Shown here piece after piece: positions 1 to 10,289 of a stretch of 64,000 nt of DNA. The stretch comes from a virus (Duplodnaviria; Caudoviricetes). The stretch lies in the IMG/VR virus record IMGVR_UViG_3300031998_000009, positions 64,001 through 128,000 of that record; one strand, given 5' to 3'. Below the pieces are notes generated by a model. The model saw nothing but the letters and a program-made list of their open reading frames with translations, had not been told where the DNA came from and searched no databases. The translations under genes and the position numbers were made by a program. How positions within the stretch are numbered: the first letter of the stretch is position 1; every line of letters begins with the position of its first letter.

Positions 1-49
1 ATTACTGTTTTTTGATATTTTATTTTGTTTATTTTATAAAACTTTATTT

Positions 50-316
50 TTATTTTACATGAACAGACATTGTAACACTATCATCTTCAAAATCAATTAA
101 CATTACATATTCTGCTCCATATTCATAATAAAGATCTCCGGTTAGTTTTCTTAATTCTCCAATAGTGATATCTTCATAAAGAAGATCAAATTTAGCTCCC
201 GGTCTTGTAGAATTATAAAGGTATACGTTTATATAAACATCAGAATAATTTATGGAACAGAAATCCATAATTTTGATTTTCTTTGTCTGGATACCTTCAT
301 TTAACCTGTTTACCAT
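50..316 (-). CDS. small acidic protein with N-terminal RLNE motif (candidate internal head protein)
   Basis: ORF begins MVNRLNEG; upstream GAAAGGA..TTTATTATG. Confidence 0.6.
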   Translation of the reverse strand: MVNRLNEGIQTKKIKIMDFCSINYSDVYINVYLYNSTRPGAKFDLLYEDITIGELRKLTGDLYYEYGAEYVMLIDFEDDSVTMSVHVK

Positions 317-373
317 AATAAATCACAATCCTTTCACATTCTTAATCATTGCTGAATGGGATTTCATTCTATT

Positions 374-466
374 TCAATCTAGGTTATATGTTAATAGGTA
401 TGATACTTGAATAATACTAGATGTAAGGCTTGCATTTTTATTGTTTATTGTTATTGTATAAGATAT
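374..466 (-). pseudogene. truncated third copy of the N-terminal module shared by 482-1234 and 1307-3175
   Basis: reads (ATA)SYTITINNKNASLTSSIIQV vs MLYTISITNKNVSLTSSTIQV; ATA in place of ATG; TGA after 30 codons. Confidence 0.7.
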
Positions 467-481
467 AATATATCATCTTCA

Positions 482-1234
482 TTAATCCCATTTAGGTATT
501 TCATTGTGCTGAATCAAAATGTTTCCTTCTGAATCTATATATTGATAAAAATAAAAGTAGTACACACCAAAACCCTGTGGACCTACATCTCGAATTTCAA
601 AAGTATCTATAGAAAAATTTCCGAACATATTATTGATGTAGGAACCGGAAACAATAAGACTATTAGTTTGAACAAGTGTATCTTTAAGAATGTATTTTTT
701 AGCTGGAGTTTCTTTGGGCTCTACAACTATAAGAATATTATAAGGATCGTCACTAATAGCCTGTACGAGTTGACTTTTTGTTATGGATGTTATATATTTC
801 TGGGAGTCTACGTCCCACGAAATATCTATTATAAAAGGAGTTGTTCCGCTAGGTTCGGCTTTATTCCAAGCACCATCAACAACTGTAAGAACTTTACCGT
901 TATCGTCACTATTTACTTCTGGAAGTCCAGCATCAGAAGGACCTGTTTCTACAGTTACAGAAACATTATCTAGATTCATATTAAGATAGTACATGGTTTC
1001 ATCAGTATTATCTGTTTTAATCATAAGACTGGTTCCAGCTTCCAGTTTTACATATTGTACTCTTTTATAAAGTGGCACATATACAAATGTATCTGAATTA
1101 GTTACATCAGATGTATATTCCTCGATAGGAACATTTGGTTCTGTTATAAGTGAAGGAGATATTGTTTCTAGGTTTACTACTTTTGGTTCTACATAGCTAA
1201 CAGAAGTATTTGTAATAGTTATCGTATATCCCAT
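482..1234 (-). CDS. putative virion-associated protein; N-terminal domain paralogous to 1307-3175
   Basis: shared ~95-aa module (TISPSL..PN.PIEEYT.D.TN..YVPLYKR); LPEVNSDDNGKVLTVVDGAW fibre-like motif. Confidence 0.6.
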   Translation of the reverse strand: MGYTITITNTSVSYVEPKVVNLETISPSLITEPNVPIEEYTSDVTNSDTFVYVPLYKRVQYVKLEAGTSLMIKTDNTDETMYYLNMNLDNVSVTVETGPSDAGLPEVNSDDNGKVLTVVDGAWNKAEPSGTTPFIIDISWDVDSQKYITSITKSQLVQAISDDPYNILIVVEPKETPAKKYILKDTLVQTNSLIVSGSYINNMFGNFSIDTFEIRDVGPQGFGVYYFYFYQYIDSEGNILIQHNEIPKWD

Positions 1235-1306
1235 TACACATCATCCTTTCTTCATAAAATAGTTGTTCTAGTATCTAAACCTGAACTACTATTAACAATT
1301 CTTATA

Positions 1307-3175
1307 TTAGTATCCGACATATGTATAGGTATTACTATCTGGATAATTTGTTGCTGATTTATACATTTCCAAAGAATCTGATGGAACATAAATAATACAA
1401 GTTGTAGGAAGATTATAAAATACATTCGAATTACTGACGGTTGGAGGTGTTTCTGATTCAAATCGAATATATCCAAGACTATAACAGTTATAAAATGCAC
1501 TTCCTCCAATATCGGTCACATCATATGGAATTGTGATGTTTGTTAAAGCATAACAACCATAAAATGCCCAATCTCCAATACTTGTAACGCTTTCTGGAAT
1601 TGTGATACTTGTTAAAGCATGACAACCTTGAAATGCAGAATCTCCAATATCTGAAACATAATCTGGAACTGTAATGCTTGTTAAAGCAAAACAAGAATCA
1701 AATGCACCAGAATAAATATATAAAACACTATCTGGAATTGTAATACTTGTTAAAGCCGTGCAGTAGGAAAATGCAGTATTACTAATATATGTAATACCAT
1801 ATGAAATTGTAATATTTGCTAATGAAGTACAATAATAAAATGCTTTGCTTCCAATACTTGTAACACTATATGGAATTGTAATACTTTTTAATGAATTACA
1901 ATTATCAAATGCTTCATCTTCAATATCTGTAATAGTATCTGAAAGTATGACACTTGCTAAATTGTTACAATAATTAAATGCATTCATTTCAATACTTGTA
2001 ATCCCAGATGGAATTGTGATACTTTTTAACGAGGTGCATGACTGAAATGCATACATATCAATGCTTGTATCAACTCCATTTGAAATCATAATTTCAGATA
2101 AAGTATAATGACGTGCAAAAGCTTCGTCACCAATCGATATATTTCCACAAATAAAAATTTTCTTCAGTGTCAATGCATACACATCAACATTATTAGCAGC
2201 CAATGATACAATGATACCTGACGATATTTTTGCATTTCCGCTCACACTAAACGAAATCACATAATTTCCGGGAGTGCTATAAGTATGTGATTGATATACA
2301 GGTGTGTCAACATCAGTACCAACCATTGTATCATGCGTTGAACCGTCACCCCAGTCAACATCAACACTACCATCAATTCCCAATTTTAAATTAGGAGAAA
2401 GTGCGCCATCTGAAAGTGTTATAAACAGTTTTGTCGCACCATCTGTCGTACTATAAGTTGCACCAATATTTAAAAAACCATATTCATCAACATATGCTTT
2501 TGCATCATCCAAGTAATGATTGTATTCATTAAATGTTAAATATTCATGTGATGGTGGTGTTGGATAACTTTCAAGTCGTAAAAATTGTTGTGCTGTGTAA
2601 GATGCAATAACAGAACCATCATAGTCATATAAAATAACATCCTGACCATTACTACTAGGTTCTGGTCCTATATTACCTGCAACATCGGCAATATTTTCAA
2701 TAGCGTCAGAAACAGTAGTAGCATCTCCTTCACCTTGATACATTACAGAAATAGCATTTAGAACATCTACTGTAGAAGTAAGATCAGCAACTGCAGAACT
2801 ATCTCCACCTAATGCTACATATAGATCTTTTAATGAATCTACAACTGGGTCATCTGTTGATTCTCCTGTAATTGGATCTGGATTACATAAAACAATGCTC
2901 CCGGTAAGATTCATATTTCTATAGTATACTGCCTCATCTGGACATTCTGTTGTTATTGTTAAAACTGTTCCTGGTTCAAGAATAACAAACTGATTTCTTT
3001 TATACAGAGGGACATAAATATTCCTATCTTCGTTGGTGTTATCCTTTGTGTATTCTTCAATAGGAGTATTAGGTTTCGTCAATAGTGAAGGTGATATTGT
3101 TCCTAGATCTAATACTTGAATAGTACTAGATGTTAGACTTACATTTTTATTAGTTATTGAAATAGTGTATAACAT
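1307..3175 (-). CDS. BspA-type leucine-rich-repeat protein (putative virion adhesin) with PKD-like domain
   Basis: about 10 repeats of C.sL.sItIP.sVt.Ig..AF; VDWGDG...HTYSTPGNY. Confidence 0.85.
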   Translation of the reverse strand: MLYTISITNKNVSLTSSTIQVLDLGTISPSLLTKPNTPIEEYTKDNTNEDRNIYVPLYKRNQFVILEPGTVLTITTECPDEAVYYRNMNLTGSIVLCNPDPITGESTDDPVVDSLKDLYVALGGDSSAVADLTSTVDVLNAISVMYQGEGDATTVSDAIENIADVAGNIGPEPSSNGQDVILYDYDGSVIASYTAQQFLRLESYPTPPSHEYLTFNEYNHYLDDAKAYVDEYGFLNIGATYSTTDGATKLFITLSDGALSPNLKLGIDGSVDVDWGDGSTHDTMVGTDVDTPVYQSHTYSTPGNYVISFSVSGNAKISSGIIVSLAANNVDVYALTLKKIFICGNISIGDEAFARHYTLSEIMISNGVDTSIDMYAFQSCTSLKSITIPSGITSIEMNAFNYCNNLASVILSDTITDIEDEAFDNCNSLKSITIPYSVTSIGSKAFYYCTSLANITISYGITYISNTAFSYCTALTSITIPDSVLYIYSGAFDSCFALTSITVPDYVSDIGDSAFQGCHALTSITIPESVTSIGDWAFYGCYALTNITIPYDVTDIGGSAFYNCYSLGYIRFESETPPTVSNSNVFYNLPTTCIIYVPSDSLEMYKSATNYPDSNTYTYVGY

Positions 3176-3204
3176 GAATAACACTTCCTTATTTATAGAT
3201 TAGA

Positions 3205-3468
3205 TTATCTAAGGTTAGACAAAGCTACATTAAGGAAGAAATTCTTTATCTCGTCATCAGATTCGTCACTATTAGCAACTACTCCTAGAGTATAGTTACC
3301 AGCTTGATTAGAAGAGATAACTTCAAAATTCATAAATGTTTTACCATCTAGAACTCTCTTAATATTATCAATATCTCTTTTATTGAAGAAACCTAATTCA
3401 TCAAACCAAATTTCTCTACCTGTTTTAGATTCCATGTTTGATTCTGAAAGTCTTAATTTTCTTACCAT
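3205..3468 (-). CDS. small protein with N-terminal RLSES motif
   Basis: ORF with SD AAAAGGAG. Confidence 0.6.
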   Translation of the reverse strand: MVRKLRLSESNMESKTGREIWFDELGFFNKRDIDNIKRVLDGKTFMNFEVISSNQAGNYTLGVVANSDESDDEIKNFFLNVALSNLR

Positions 3469-3519
3469 AAATAATCAGACTCCTTTTAATTATATTTAAA
3501 GTATTTATATATAATAAAA

Positions 3520-3544
3520 TTAGTGCGTTTTATCAACGCACTAA
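3520..3544 (-). terminator. intrinsic terminator-like hairpin
   Basis: TTAGTGCGTT/AACGCACTAA inverted repeat with A/T tails. Confidence 0.65.
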
Positions 3545-3618
3545 AAATATTGTTATTTATTTCTTACTTTTTCTATGTAAGTGTTTGTTTTTTTTTGTAT
3601 GCTTGCATACCACAAGGG

Positions 3619-3825
3619 TTACATAGTTTTTATATTTTGGCTAGATATGTGAGTAACTCTCCCTAAAGCGTATGCCAGGCCTTGGTTAATTCCATCTTCA
3701 AATTCAGTTTTTGGATTCTCAATACGACATCTTTCTAATTCCTGAATAAGAACGGTTCTACTTATTGTATCACCATCTGGAACACCTACATATTTTACAT
3801 TTGGTAAATCATTTGACGTATCCAT
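3619..3825 (-). CDS. hypothetical protein
   Basis: ORF with SD AAGGAG. Confidence 0.55.
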   Translation of the reverse strand: MDTSNDLPNVKYVGVPDGDTISRTVLIQELERCRIENPKTEFEDGINQGLAYALGRVTHISSQNIKTM

Positions 3826-3902
3826 ATATAATAACTCCTTATGTAAAATTACTTATTATTAAATTTGTGAATAATTACTAGTATTTAGATTTTTCGAACG
3901 GT

Positions 3903-4520
3903 TTAGTATTCATCAATAACCAGTTCAGATCCGTCATCAGGAGTTAGGACATATTCAGCATCTTCGTATGCTTCTTCTGCTGTTGAGAAATAAGGTTCCG
4001 TAGGTTCAAAATCATCACTACAATACCATGTCCATCCTAATACTTCATCGGTTTCTTCATCATAATATTCTTTAACAGTAAATTCTCCGAAGGTATCTTG
4101 ATAAAATTCTCCATCTGGTTCTACATAACCAAAAGTATGAGTACCTTCATAAGATTCTTTAATATTTCTTTTTCTAGTTCTTGATTCGTTGGTTACATTA
4201 GACCCTCTATCAATAAGGTTATCGGAAAAATATTGTGGAAATTGACGAATAATATATTTTCTAAAATCAGGATCTACTTGATTTATTGAACAAACAGAAC
4301 CTGCTGAAACTCTGATCGGACCACCTTTTGTCTGTCTCTCATAGTAACCAACAAAGATTTCTTCATCAGACAGTCTTTCAAGAAGAAGGGCATCTTCAAC
4401 ATACTTTAAAAACTTGAAACCATTATTGAACAACCACCGTCTGTATTCGTAAACATCTTGAAATTGTGTAGGTTTCCTTGGTAGAAATACATTTTTGGAC
4501 TCATTTAACCTCTTTACCAT
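3903..4520 (-). CDS. acidic protein with N-terminal RLNES and internal VTNES/NIKES motifs
   Basis: ORF; upstream GAAAGGA..TTTATTATG. Confidence 0.65.
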   Translation of the reverse strand: MVKRLNESKNVFLPRKPTQFQDVYEYRRWLFNNGFKFLKYVEDALLLERLSDEEIFVGYYERQTKGGPIRVSAGSVCSINQVDPDFRKYIIRQFPQYFSDNLIDRGSNVTNESRTRKRNIKESYEGTHTFGYVEPDGEFYQDTFGEFTVKEYYDEETDEVLGWTWYCSDDFEPTEPYFSTAEEAYEDAEYVLTPDDGSELVIDEY

Positions 4521-4646
4521 AATAAAAACTTCCTTTCATTTTAGTTCGTATTATCAAATCATTAGATCAGGTCATCCTCTTTCGATCTATATACATATAG
4601 TTGCTACCCATTTATTTTATTTTTAAAATTTACTATTTTTTTACAT

Positions 4647-4994
4647 TCAATCTGTTACCTTAATATAATTCCAGGTATTCCAATCTGCTTGTTTGGCAGC
4701 GTACCAATTGGTTTCACACCTTTTAAGATTCTCCTTTGCAAGGTTCATATTATATTCAGCTCTCATTAATTGCAATTTAAGGGCACGGTACATTGAAAGT
4801 TCATAACTATCACTTTCGATAATATGTTTAATTTTAGAACATATTTCATCACGTTTTTCTTCCCAGGTTTCTGTGATATCGTCACTTAAATAATTATTAT
4901 CGATTGTAAAATCAAGTTTTAGATATTCATCATAAAGTTCTTTTTCTTTACGAGTCATTTCAAATTTATGACTAGAAATAATTGATTTATCCAT
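4647..4994 (-). CDS. hypothetical protein
   Basis: co-oriented ORF with SD. Confidence 0.6.
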   Translation of the reverse strand: MDKSIISSHKFEMTRKEKELYDEYLKLDFTIDNNYLSDDITETWEEKRDEICSKIKHIIESDSYELSMYRALKLQLMRAEYNMNLAKENLKRCETNWYAAKQADWNTWNYIKVTD

Positions 4995-5006
4995 GTTATC
5001 TTCCTT

Positions 5007-5309
5007 TCACACTGGTTCGGAACATTGCTTTTCATAATTTTCAAATTCTTCTTCTATTTCTTCTTCTGATCTAGCATAACAAGGTATGTAACTTTCCAAA
5101 AACCGATCCCAAGGATTTACATGATTATTTATTGTATCGACGGCATCATTAAATGCTTGATCGGTTGTCATATACTTACAACCTTCAAAACAATTTACAT
5201 ATTCTTTAACGAATTCTTTCTCGGTTAGATTTATTTTAATGGGTGAACAACTAACAGTCGAAAATAGCATCAAAAGATTATTAGGTTGTCTTATAGCAAT
5301 AAGAGCCAT
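5007..5309 (-). CDS. hypothetical protein
   Basis: co-oriented ORF with SD. Confidence 0.6.
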   Translation of the reverse strand: MALIAIRQPNNLLMLFSTVSCSPIKINLTEKEFVKEYVNCFEGCKYMTTDQAFNDAVDTINNHVNPWDRFLESYIPCYARSEEEIEEEFENYEKQCSEPV

Positions 5310-5332
5310 TTAATCACTTCCTTTCATCATAC

Positions 5333-5530
5333 TTAGTTGTCTTCCTTCGATACCGGAAAATAACCTTCTAATCTATATTTAGGTTCATTCTCTACAACTG
5401 TGTATCCTAAACCGTTACATTTTGGACATTTATATATTCTACCATCTGCAACAATTTTCAATATATCAGATAATGTTGCTTTGTCACCATAATCGTTTAT
5501 CAATCTTATCACATCACAGGTTTTTAGCAT
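5333..5530 (-). CDS. small Cys-motif protein
   Basis: CPKCNGLG motif. Confidence 0.55.
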   Translation of the reverse strand: MLKTCDVIRLINDYGDKATLSDILKIVADGRIYKCPKCNGLGYTVVENEPKYRLEGYFPVSKEDN

Positions 5531-5621
5531 AGTTTCAATTTTCCTTTACTAGTTATTCTTTTATAAAACCACTTTTTGATTAGTGATTTTCATTTGTTTC
5601 ATTCTAATACGATATTAATCC

Positions 5622-5975
5622 TTATAAATGCGGCTTGTGAAGCTGTAAACAGCCGTTTGCATATTCATTCTCAACTTGATCAGAATTTGCAACAACGAGT
5701 CCTCGGTTAAACCTCTCACCTTCATGATGGAAGTTGTCGATAAAGTAGAGATACAGCTTACTCGGAATAGTTTCTCCATTCTTAAGTATTGCCTCACAAT
5801 CATATATCCCCTCTTCATGGGGAAAGGGATCTATCCAACAGAGATCAAAGCCATTCATATCCGCAAGAATTCCGTGAAGATATACGAATGGTGTGATATT
5901 GGTTGTGACAATAACCCCGATTTTGTCAGTATCATCAGCTTGAGACAACCCATAAACTTTTATTATGTCAGCCAT
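5622..5975 (-). CDS. hypothetical protein
   Basis: start MADIIK follows AAGGAGG. Confidence 0.6.
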   Translation of the reverse strand: MADIIKVYGLSQADDTDKIGVIVTTNITPFVYLHGILADMNGFDLCWIDPFPHEEGIYDCEAILKNGETIPSKLYLYFIDNFHHEGERFNRGLVVANSDQVENEYANGCLQLHKPHL

Positions 5976-5991
5976 GATTTCCTCCTTATCA

Positions 5992-6438
5992 TCATATCCA
6001 TGTGAATGTCTCATCATCATTTAACATGGATATCGATCTCACAATACAAGCTGACGTGACGAAGATTGCACACACGATTAGCAACGCAAAAGTCAAAGTA
6101 ATTACGTCGGATTCTGTCAAATGATGTGTCTCTTCATACCAACACGCCCAATACCACAAAAGCGGATGGACGATGAGTGATATAATAATCGTGATTATTA
6201 GTGGAATTAAACCGCTTCTAATCCGTAGATTATGACATCCAATGTATTCTTCACCTTCACAACCACAACCATCACATCGATACTGCACATAATGTCTATT
6301 CCACTTGATACTGTTAAGTATCATCCGTGTATGTACGATTGTCCCGATACGATGCATTTCGAATTGACATTCTGGACACAGATGAACTTGTGTGTCATCT
6401 GTTTCCATATATGTGATCCCATGTTTTGTCACTTTCAT
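5992..6438 (-). CDS. Zn-ribbon membrane protein (MKV..G family)
   Basis: CPEC/CDGC plus two hydrophobic helices. Confidence 0.6.
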   Translation of the reverse strand: MKVTKHGITYMETDDTQVHLCPECQFEMHRIGTIVHTRMILNSIKWNRHYVQYRCDGCGCEGEEYIGCHNLRIRSGLIPLIITIIISLIVHPLLWYWACWYEETHHLTESDVITLTFALLIVCAIFVTSACIVRSISMLNDDETFTWI

Positions 6439-6475
6439 GACAATCCCTCCATCAAAACAATATTAGAATCATATT

Positions 6476-6718
6476 TTACTTCTTCTCGACCGTCATAGAT
6501 CTATAGAAGTTCACCCATGCTTTTCTATATTCAATCTCATCTTTTGTAATATCAGAATCTTTCATGTTAAATAATCCAGTTGGATAAAATGCCCCTGCAT
6601 CAGGTAACCCTTCTTCAGTAAGTTTGGCTGCCCATATGATTGATGCTACTGTCATTAACTCTCCATATCCGATTTTATCCCCTAAATCTTGTACTTCTTT
6701 CCAATGTCTGTTAATCAT
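6476..6718 (-). CDS. hypothetical protein
   Basis: ORF with AAGGAGG. Confidence 0.6.
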   Translation of the reverse strand: MINRHWKEVQDLGDKIGYGELMTVASIIWAAKLTEEGLPDAGAFYPTGLFNMKDSDITKDEIEYRKAWVNFYRSMTVEKK

Positions 6719-6741
6719 GATAGGTCATCCTCCTTATTTCT

Positions 6742-7503
6742 TTATAATCCGGTTTGACTTGTTATAAATTCAATTGGTTCACCTGTTTTTGTATTAGTTC
6801 CTTTACCAACTACATGAACCGTATAATCGTATCCATATTCTTCATCATATTCTTCGTAAACCTCAAACCAAATATCGCCATCAAAATCTTTAATTAAAGC
6901 AGTTGTCCAAGGTCTTTCTGTATGATAATTGAAAGATGGATTATATTGTAACACTTCTGAAAGAAGAAATACACCAACAAGACCAGCATCTGCACAAAAC
7001 TGTCCAATAGAATTTTTTGTAATTATATCAAATACAGTACATGACCAATCACCATATATAGTGTCACGCTCAATGAAATTTTTGATAGCATTTTTACCCT
7101 TATATTCATCGTCCAAAAAGTCAGGCCAATCATTATCTTTTGCAATATAACAAGGATCAGTAATAATGATATCCCCTGTAAAATGTTTCGGATCCGAGTC
7201 TAGATAGTTATTATAACTATCCATTTTTGTTATTACGAGTTCTTCGTAAGGAAGTTTTTCGAGAAATTTCATTGTACTATTAAACAATTCTTTATTCTTA
7301 AATTTGTCAGGAATATAAGGCACGAGTAAACGAACAGAATAGGATCCAAGATTCAACTCATGATGAAATCTTTCAATAAAAAGTTGTAACTCCTCCTCTG
7401 TGTAACCTTCCATAGAAAGAAGAGTATCCTCTATCTGTTTAGTTAGAATTTTAATTTTTTCTTGACGTTCTTTTTCTTTCTTCTCTACCCATTCTTTTTT
7501 CAT
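6742..7503 (-). CDS. phage hypothetical protein
   Basis: IITDPCY...YGDW...FCADAGLV motifs; SD. Confidence 0.65.
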   Translation of the reverse strand: MKKEWVEKKEKERQEKIKILTKQIEDTLLSMEGYTEEELQLFIERFHHELNLGSYSVRLLVPYIPDKFKNKELFNSTMKFLEKLPYEELVITKMDSYNNYLDSDPKHFTGDIIITDPCYIAKDNDWPDFLDDEYKGKNAIKNFIERDTIYGDWSCTVFDIITKNSIGQFCADAGLVGVFLLSEVLQYNPSFNYHTERPWTTALIKDFDGDIWFEVYEEYDEEYGYDYTVHVVGKGTNTKTGEPIEFITSQTGL

Positions 7504-7517
7504 ATGTCAAGTCCTCC

Positions 7518-7730
7518 TTATCCTGAACATAGATCTACCGTTGGTATATTATTATCAAATACCGTCGGTTTATATGCCGATCCAAGAATGAACTTCCCAA
7601 TCGGAATATCCATAATCTCGTCGAGATTTAGGTCATTGTCTACATTAATATTTCTTGTCACTTTCATATCAAACGGATTGTCAATTCGGGTGGCGTGAAT
7701 ATCAATGGTTATCTGAAAACCTTTCATCAT
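7518..7730 (-). CDS. hypothetical protein
   Basis: translationally coupled ORF. Confidence 0.5.
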   Translation of the reverse strand: MMKGFQITIDIHATRIDNPFDMKVTRNINVDNDLNLDEIMDIPIGKFILGSAYKPTVFDNNIPTVDLCSG

Positions 7731-8158
7731 TCTTCCTCCTCATCATCATAGTAATGGGCTCCAAAATTTTCCTCCGAATATTCTGGAAATTTCCATCCAA
7801 ATTTGCCATACACATCACCATCTTCATCAGGATACCTAATGAAATCAGACATGGATTTCTCATACTCTATCTCTTTGGGTCCGTCTGTCGAATATCGGAT
7901 TACGGTGTATTTGTATTTCTTGTTATATAATAAAGCTGGACAGTTTTCTTTGACCCAGCTTTTTGGAGCAATGATACACCAGTTTGCCGACATATCAATG
8001 TTACCGGAGAGAACGACTAGTTTATTTTTCTTACACCACTTATCATTAGAAAATGCGCGATCGCTTACCCATGAAATGAATGGTTCATCCAGTGGATAAT
8101 CTCTTCCAGAAAACCAGTTGTTCAATTCGAAGTGTACTAATTCGATGTCACTCATCAT
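7727..8158 (-). CDS. hypothetical protein
   Basis: ORF with GAGGA SD. Confidence 0.6.
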   Translation of the reverse strand: MMSDIELVHFELNNWFSGRDYPLDEPFISWVSDRAFSNDKWCKKNKLVVLSGNIDMSANWCIIAPKSWVKENCPALLYNKKYKYTVIRYSTDGPKEIEYEKSMSDFIRYPDEDGDVYGKFGWKFPEYSEENFGAHYYDDEEEE

Positions 8159-8167
8159 TTTTCCTCC

Positions 8168-8620
8168 TTAATTAGACATAGCCTCTTTCAGTTTTTTGTT
8201 TGCTTCTTCACGAACTCGACGTCGTTGTTCAGCAAACCATTCGTCTTCAGAAACTTCGACGATATATTCTGGTAGTTTTAATCCATCGTCTCTGAAATTC
8301 TGAGGCGATATACTGATCAAACCTTTTCTTGGCATTCCATCAGATCCCATTATTTTAGCCGGAACACACCTTTCATCAAATGTGCATCCATTAATCATCA
8401 TCCAATGCTCTTGTGGAACATCAGTGATAATGAACCAATCCGTATGGTTTCCTGTCTTACGAAAATATCTTCCAATGTAAGGTCGGAACAATTCCTGTAC
8501 CAGTTTATAAAGGTTTATATTTATATCACTAATCTGACGCTGTAAATTTTCAATATCATTTTGCAACTTATTTTTTGACTCAATGAAATCCTGAATATTC
8601 TTAAACTCCTCATGTTTCAT
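8168..8620 (-). CDS. hypothetical protein
   Basis: ORF with AAGGAGG. Confidence 0.6.
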   Translation of the reverse strand: MKHEEFKNIQDFIESKNKLQNDIENLQRQISDININLYKLVQELFRPYIGRYFRKTGNHTDWFIITDVPQEHWMMINGCTFDERCVPAKIMGSDGMPRKGLISISPQNFRDDGLKLPEYIVEVSEDEWFAEQRRRVREEANKKLKEAMSN

Positions 8621-8669
8621 AATAAACCTCCTTAATTTTTATAAATAACCGTTGTTTGTTTATTTCGGA

Positions 8670-8972
8670 TTATTTATCCTCATCGTCATAGCAATAGTAT
8701 TCTTCGTCAGGATCTTCTTCTACAGCTTTTCTACATCTTTCAGCAACCTCGAATGGTGATTTATCCCCATATAATCTTTTGTATGTTTCAGGATGGTTAT
8801 ATAAAATATATGCCGGGTCGTTTACACAGTTTTTATATCCTCTAGGACACATTGGAATATATGCCATATAACGGGAGTATTCTGGATAGTCTGCAAATTT
8901 TGGATTATCCCTACAGTTATCACACTCACTTCTATCTGATACACAGGTTTCACATTTTTTCTCGTTAGACAT
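8670..8972 (-). CDS. Cys-rich hypothetical protein
   Basis: multiple CxxC motifs. Confidence 0.6.
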   Translation of the reverse strand: MSNEKKCETCVSDRSECDNCRDNPKFADYPEYSRYMAYIPMCPRGYKNCVNDPAYILYNHPETYKRLYGDKSPFEVAERCRKAVEEDPDEEYYCYDDEDK

Positions 8973-9150
8973 TGTCAGTACCTCCGTTCTTATTTATTGC
9001 TCTCATAACATCACAGATCTCGTCATCGTCAAAAGTATCTCCATATGGACAGGCATCACATCCGCACGGCTGATCGCTTACTGCATCACACAAGGTCTTT
9101 ATGTATCCTATTGCTTCGTCAAGTGTCATTCTCAACACCTCCTGTTCCAT
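8965..9150 (-). CDS. small Cys-rich protein
   Basis: C..CP motif; overlaps neighbours. Confidence 0.5.
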   Translation of the reverse strand: MEQEVLRMTLDEAIGYIKTLCDAVSDQPCGCDACPYGDTFDDDEICDVMRAINKNGGTDNV

Positions 9151-9647
9151 AATTTTTCAGCATCAGGATATGCATATCTGTATTCAGTATTTGCGCCGCA
9201 ATCATCGCATTTTACATAATACGGTGGGAAACCTCCGCTATCAGGATCATTTCGTGTCGGCATCCAACGCGGGTCAAAATCTTCTTGACATAATTCTGCT
9301 TTACCGCCACAAAACGGGCATGGTTTCAAACCGTTGTTAGAATCTCCTTTGTCATCAACATTAATGTCAGTCCTATCCATATGAGCGCCGCAGTCAGGAC
9401 AAAACGCAGTTAAAGTATCTTCTTCGCCGTTGTGTTCGTGACAACATTCTGAGCATTCCCATTTGTCCCATACGGGTGCACCGTTCGCATAGCTATCATA
9501 CTCTGTCGGGATCCACCGCCCGTGCCGCACATCCGGCTCGATTGTGGGCTGTATATCAACAATTCTCAATGCCATATCATAATTAAATTCAGATAGATCT
9601 TTTTTCAAAGCATTCACCTCAATCAATCTTATTTCTGCCATATTCAT
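9132..9647 (-). CDS. Zn-ribbon protein fused to Lar-like (restriction alleviation family) domain
   Basis: RHGRW..CSEC..CPDCGA followed by LKPCPFCGG..C..CGA..WNRR. Confidence 0.7.
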   Translation of the reverse strand: MNMAEIRLIEVNALKKDLSEFNYDMALRIVDIQPTIEPDVRHGRWIPTEYDSYANGAPVWDKWECSECCHEHNGEEDTLTAFCPDCGAHMDRTDINVDDKGDSNNGLKPCPFCGGKAELCQEDFDPRWMPTRNDPDSGGFPPYYVKCDDCGANTEYRYAYPDAEKLWNRRC

Positions 9648-9651
9648 TACC

Positions 9652-10248
9652 TCACAATTCAGATTTTACACTATATTGGGCAATTATTGTTTTGGCTGCT
9701 TCGTATTCCTCACGACTTACAATGTATGGAACATACCCAAAACCACCTTCATTATTAATGTCGTTATATTCTTTCATTCTGCGTCGTGCTTCTTCCCTTG
9801 TTGGGATGTCTTTCTGTGCTTCAGCTTTTACTATTGTTTCATTAGCTGCTTTGATTTTCTTTTCGATTTCTTCTGCTTGCTTTAATGTTCTAATTTCTTC
9901 GGCTTCCGGATCGCTACCCTCTTCAAGAACAGTCTTAAGAAAAGCTTCAATCTCTGTTGCACGTTCATCTGTAAACGCAATCTGTTTAATACCCCAGATC
10001 TTTTTGATTCCAGGCTTTACATCAATAATACGCCAGAAGTTTACATCCCGACAACTGTCAAACTTCTTACTGTCGATATAGGCAGTAAGCATTGCACGTT
10101 TGATAATTTCACGTTCACCGGTATTACAAATGTCCCCATCAAGGTTGACGATCTTATCCTGCACGAACTCTGTATATTCTGCCTCCAATGTTACTGTCCT
10201 ACCATCTGTAAGTTTCCATTCGTAACGCTTCATAATATTTACCTCCAT
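9652..10248 (-). CDS. hypothetical protein
   Basis: long co-oriented ORF. Confidence 0.6.
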   Translation of the reverse strand: MEVNIMKRYEWKLTDGRTVTLEAEYTEFVQDKIVNLDGDICNTGEREIIKRAMLTAYIDSKKFDSCRDVNFWRIIDVKPGIKKIWGIKQIAFTDERATEIEAFLKTVLEEGSDPEAEEIRTLKQAEEIEKKIKAANETIVKAEAQKDIPTREEARRRMKEYNDINNEGGFGYVPYIVSREEYEAAKTIIAQYSVKSEL

Positions 10249-10289
10249 TATGAATCATATAACGACATTATTTACTATAATGTCCTACT

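Noticed and set aside
1450-2060. ~69-bp periodic DNA repeats (GGAATTGT.ATACTT..TTAA) as a CRISPR array or DGR template
   Set aside because: They are in-frame 23-aa BspA LRR units; there is no reverse transcriptase or TR/VR pair in the window.
3190-3509. TATAAATA (T4 late promoter) upstream of two genes
   Set aside because: An all-AT 8-mer is expected by chance in this composition, and it is absent upstream of the other candidate late genes.
4562-4590. Bulged hairpin TAGATC-GAAAG-AGG-ATGA-CCT-GATCTA as a hammerhead
   Set aside because: It lacks the CUGANGA/GAAA three-stem arrangement and may be a decayed RBS region similar to 6722-6735.
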